From positions 110,422,001-110,486,000 of the forward strand of contig OX597821.1 of NCBI GenBank assembly GCA_951406725.2: a stretch of DNA of 64,000 nt. Reading direction: 5' to 3'. The notes below the pieces were generated by a model, which did not search any database, was not told the origin of the DNA, and saw only the letters and a list, made by a program, of their open reading frames with translations. Position numbers and translations under genes: made by a program. Of this stretch, positions 60,059 through 64,000 are shown in pieces; position 1 is the first letter of the stretch, and each line of letters opens with the position of its first letter. The stretch comes from Octopus vulgaris (Eukaryota).

Positions 60059-60494
60059 TTTACCATATAATATAGCTTGGTCAGTCATTGACTCGGGTTT
60101 TTCATATCAAGGTCATAAATGCCCCATGTTGGTCATGTTTGAGGGAATCCATACAAATCCTACCACACAACCCCTCCCAGTTATTAGATAAACGACACGA
60201 AGCCTGCTCCACGTGTGTTCATGAATGTTTTAAATCATTTAAATAGTACCATAAATCTAATGGCAGTTAATCAACTATCTCTGATTCTTACTGATAGACA
60301 TCATATGAGCTCAATTGAAATCAGTATCTCTACATTTATATCACATACTTTTATCGTTTTATTTCACAGGTTCTCATGTTTCTCTTCATATTTACGCATT
60401 TCACTTTCATATAATTAATCGAATACCTAATCAGTACCAACATAATTGTTACTCACTGAACGCTACCAGGCCTTCTCTTCTCACAGTTATGGAG

Positions 60495-60808
60495 CTACAC
60501 GCTTGGCTTAGTGGTTATAGCATTCGGCTTGCGATCGTAACGTCGTGAGTTCAATTCCCGACGACGCGTTGTCCTTGAGCAAGACTCTTTATTTCACATT
60601 TTCTCCAGTCCACTCAGCTGGCAAAAATGAGTAGAATCTGTATTTCAGAGGGCCAGCCTTGTCACACTCTGTATCACGCTGAATCCCCTTGAGAACTGCG
60701 TTAAGGGTGTCCGTGGAGTGCTCACCACTTACATGTTAATTTCATGAGCAGGCTGTTCCGTTGATCGTATCAGTTGGGGCCCTCGATGTCGTAACCGATG
60801 GAGAGGTC
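60495..60808 (+). mobile_element. SINE group B (tail type 2) with T-rich end
   Basis: TGGCTTAGTGG A box and AGTTCAATTCC B box; homologous to 46428-46700. Confidence 0.85.
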
Positions 60809-61139
60809 CTTTTTTTTTTACTAGATTTCTTTTCTGATTTACTTATAAGGTAGCTATTTCCCATTATCCATTATCACAATATCTATTTCATCTCTGGGCC
60901 CTATAAATTCACTGTACAGGAACTTAGTAAGCAATATGTTTTTACCTTTTTACAGCAGCATAGACTTCCTCTAACACTACAATTTTTAACATTTTAATTA
61001 ATATTATTGTCATTTATTACTAATACCATTGTAATCTGGTGAGCCCTAAATCTCTCTCCCTCTAGTCGTATCACGCCCACTGTAGTTTGGGCTATAATTC
61101 GAGAACTTCATTATCTGTTACAATCACTTTATTACCATC

Positions 61140-61538
61140 CTTTCCTACTCTAGGCACAAGGCCCGAAATTTTTTGGGGAGGGGGCAGTCGATTAGATCGA
61201 CCCTAGAGTTCAACTGGTAATTAATTTATCGACCCCCGAAAGGATGAAAGGCAAAGTCGACCTCGGTGGAATTTGAACACAGAACATAATGACAGACGAA
61301 ATACCTATTTCTTTACTACCCACAAGGGGATAAACACAGAGGAGACAAACAAGGATAGACACACAGATTAAGTCGATTATATCGACCCCAGTGCGTAACT
61401 GGTACTTATTCAATCGACCCCGAAAGGATGAAAGGCAAAGTCGACCTCAGCGGAATTTGAACTCAGAACGTAGCGGCAGACGGAATACCGCCAAGCATTT
61501 CGCCTGGCGTGCTAACGGTTCAGCCAGCTCGCCGCCTT
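61140..61538 (-). mobile_element. SINE group C dimer
   Basis: Minus strand is organised as head, core, tail 1, core, tail 2. Confidence 0.88.
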
Positions 61539-62271
61539 ATTTATTATTATCCAGACCCTCTCGCTTCCACTCTTGCTATCTGATGACTCTGGTCAAAGCT
61601 GGTAGTCGGACATGAGATGAAAGTATCTGACATCTGTTATTTTTCATCCCTTACCTTTCTGTCTCTATCTATACATCCTCTAAACCTCTTTCACCAAACA
61701 TACCCTCACTAGCCTGACTAGTATACATCTATTCTCATGCATCTACCATTCCCTCTTTCCCTCGCACTGTATTATATCATTCTTACTCAATCCTAATTCA
61801 CTCTCTATTCAAAAATGGAATTGGTAATTTCCATTATCCTTTGCCATCGATTATCATCAGATATTCACCTTTTGAACTGCTAATGGACCTCACCTATAAC
61901 TTTATTATTTATTTGATCATGGAACTATCTAACACATATACTTTTCACTCTGATTCTTATTTCATTTTTCGACAAACTGAAAAGTACAATCTTCGATTGG
62001 GTATATTCTTCATTTTATATTCTCAGACTTCTCTCTCTCTCTCCGATGACGGTTTTATTAACCTATGGAATCTTTACCCAATATCATGACACACATGCTT
62101 TGCTATTCTAGAAACATCTGTAAGAGACTCTATTTGTTTAAATTCTCTATCTAAATTGCATGTTTTTCGAGTGATACACACACACACAGACACACACATA
62201 CATATATTCTTTTATTAGTTTCAGCCATCCGACTGGGGTCATACTGAAGGACCGTCTTTTAAGCTTAGCGA

Positions 62272-62330
62272 TCCTATGCCAGGAATTGAACCCGGGCCGC
62301 CTGGGTGAAAATAAGCAATCCTAACCACTA
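62272..62330 (-). pseudogene. tRNA-Glu(UUC) pseudogene, 5'-truncated
   Basis: Minus strand TAGTGGTTAGGATTGCTTATTTTCACCCAGGCGGCCCGGGTTCAATTCCTGGCATAGGA matches the metazoan tRNA-Glu-TTC sequence; anticodon stem mismatched, and the 5' acceptor strand is replaced by (TA)n. Confidence 0.75.
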
Positions 62331-62374
<44 letters not shown>

Positions 62375-62380
<6 letters not shown>

Positions 62381-63252
62381 GGGCTTAGTAAAATAAATTA
62401 CTTTGCCACATACTGAACTTAGTAGAAATAGCAGCCAAAAAAAATTTTTCTTAGCATTTCTACTACTTAAAGAAAATTTCTCTCAGATAATGTTTACTCC
62501 AGACAGCTCACGAAGGTTTGGGGGTAAATACAGAAAAATATCACAAGTACATAGATCGTTTGAGTACGTCAACGTTTCAAGATTAGCCAAATAAAATCAG
62601 CATTTCTTTCGTCAGCTCAAAATGTCTTAATTTGGATTTGGAAACACTAAAAAGAAGGAACTTTACCTATCAGCGAACTTGTCGCTTCAGATGAACCACT
62701 CCAACTAAACAGTGTCAACAAATTCAAAATGCGCAGGCGTAAAATTCTGCACTCCCCATTCCACCCACGTGGTCTATCTAGCAAACATTATATTTTAACC
62801 GCGAGAACCGAGGCAGTATGACCGAGAGAAATGAATTATAATATCAACAATTGAGGGTAAAATTAATTAATTAATCAATTTCACCAAGTGTTCAGTATGT
62901 AAAAAGACCATTTAAGGCGAATTCAAAATATTACATTATATAATTAGGGCTTAGTAAAATAAATTACTTTGCCACATACTGAACTTAGTAGAAATAGCAG
63001 CCAAAAAAATTTTTTTCTTAGCATTTCTACTACTTAAAGAAAATTTCTCTCAGATAATGTTTACTCCAGACAGCTTAATTGATTAATTAATTAATTTTAC
63101 CCTCAATTGTTGATATTATAATTCATTTCTCTCGGTCATACTGCCTCGGTTCTCGCGGTTAAAATATAATGTTTGCTAGATAGACCACGTGGGTGGAATG
63201 GGGAGTGCAGAATTTTACGCCTGCGCATTTTGAATTTGTTGACACTGTTTAG
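62375..63252. repeat. Composite direct plus inverted repeat (A-x-B-A-B')
   Basis: A: 62375-62507 equals 62939-63074; B: 62705-62880 is the reverse complement of 63077-63252. Confidence 0.9.
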
Positions 63253-63513
63253 AATCGGTTGTCAAGCAATGCTAGGGGGACAAACACAGACGCACAAACC
63301 TATACACATACACACGCATATATATATATATATGTGTGTACATATATACGACGGGCTTCTTTCAGTTTCCGTCTACCAAATCCACTCACAAGGCTTTGGT
63401 CGGCCCGAGGCTATAGTAGAAGGCACTTGTCCAAGGTGCCACGTAGTGGGACTGAACCAGGAACCATGTGGTTCGTAAGCAAGCTATATACCATACAGCC
63501 ACTCCCACGCCTA
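63253..63513 (-). mobile_element. SINE group A, 3'-truncated
   Basis: Homologous to the head and middle of 45062-45490. Confidence 0.85.
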
Positions 63514-64000
63514 ATAGTAGAAGTATTTCGTATATATCGATCGGTCTATTTGTCTATCAAGCTACCAACTTATTCATCTCTCTGTCTGTCTGTCTGTCTG
63601 TCCATCTATCTGTCATACCTATTTACTATTATTCCCACCTTTATACAGCTTTTCTAACATTAAAAAAAAAAATCTTACAACCTTTGAAACTTTTAAAGCC
63701 TATCTCCATTAACCTTCAATGCTTTAATGGCCGTAATCTTTTGCTTAAATATATCCCCCAACCTATTAACAGAAAATTAAACTTCCTACTCTACTAAAAC
63801 CTTTATTGCATTCGATATCGTCTCACTTTATTTCATTTTCTTCTGTTTCCCCCTCTTTACTGTATCATAATCTGTTTTATTCTATTTTATTTTATTCCAT
63901 TTTATTCAATTTTTTCTCGTCTTCTTCCCTTTATCTGTCCTACTAACGGCGTTAGTGTATTATCTTACTAAATTATATAAAGTACTGTGTTGTGGGCATT

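Overview
AT-rich, repeat-saturated eukaryotic DNA with no supportable host protein-coding gene, so it is intergenic or deep intronic. The SINE families, the (TA)n/(TAA)n/(GATA)n/(CA)n microsatellite load and the LINE relics look like a coleoid cephalopod, probably Octopus (inference from recognised repeat families, no database search). Almost all listed ORFs are microsatellite translations. Recognisable elements are three tRNA-type/Nin-domain SINE groups, RLE LINE 3' ends with (TAA)n tails, a CR1 3' end, an L1/Tx1 relic, Penelope-like element (PLE) RT and GIY-YIG relics, IS630/Tc1 and mariner relics, non-autonomous Helitrons, MITEs with clear TSDs, and a tRNA-Glu pseudogene. The most interesting pattern is a series of long fold-back palindromes, mostly next to (TA)n tracts, whose apices repeatedly coincide with minimal hammerhead ribozyme motifs, both canonical and non-canonical. 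Coordinates were read by eye and are approximate (about +/-10 bp) unless termini or TSDs are quoted.
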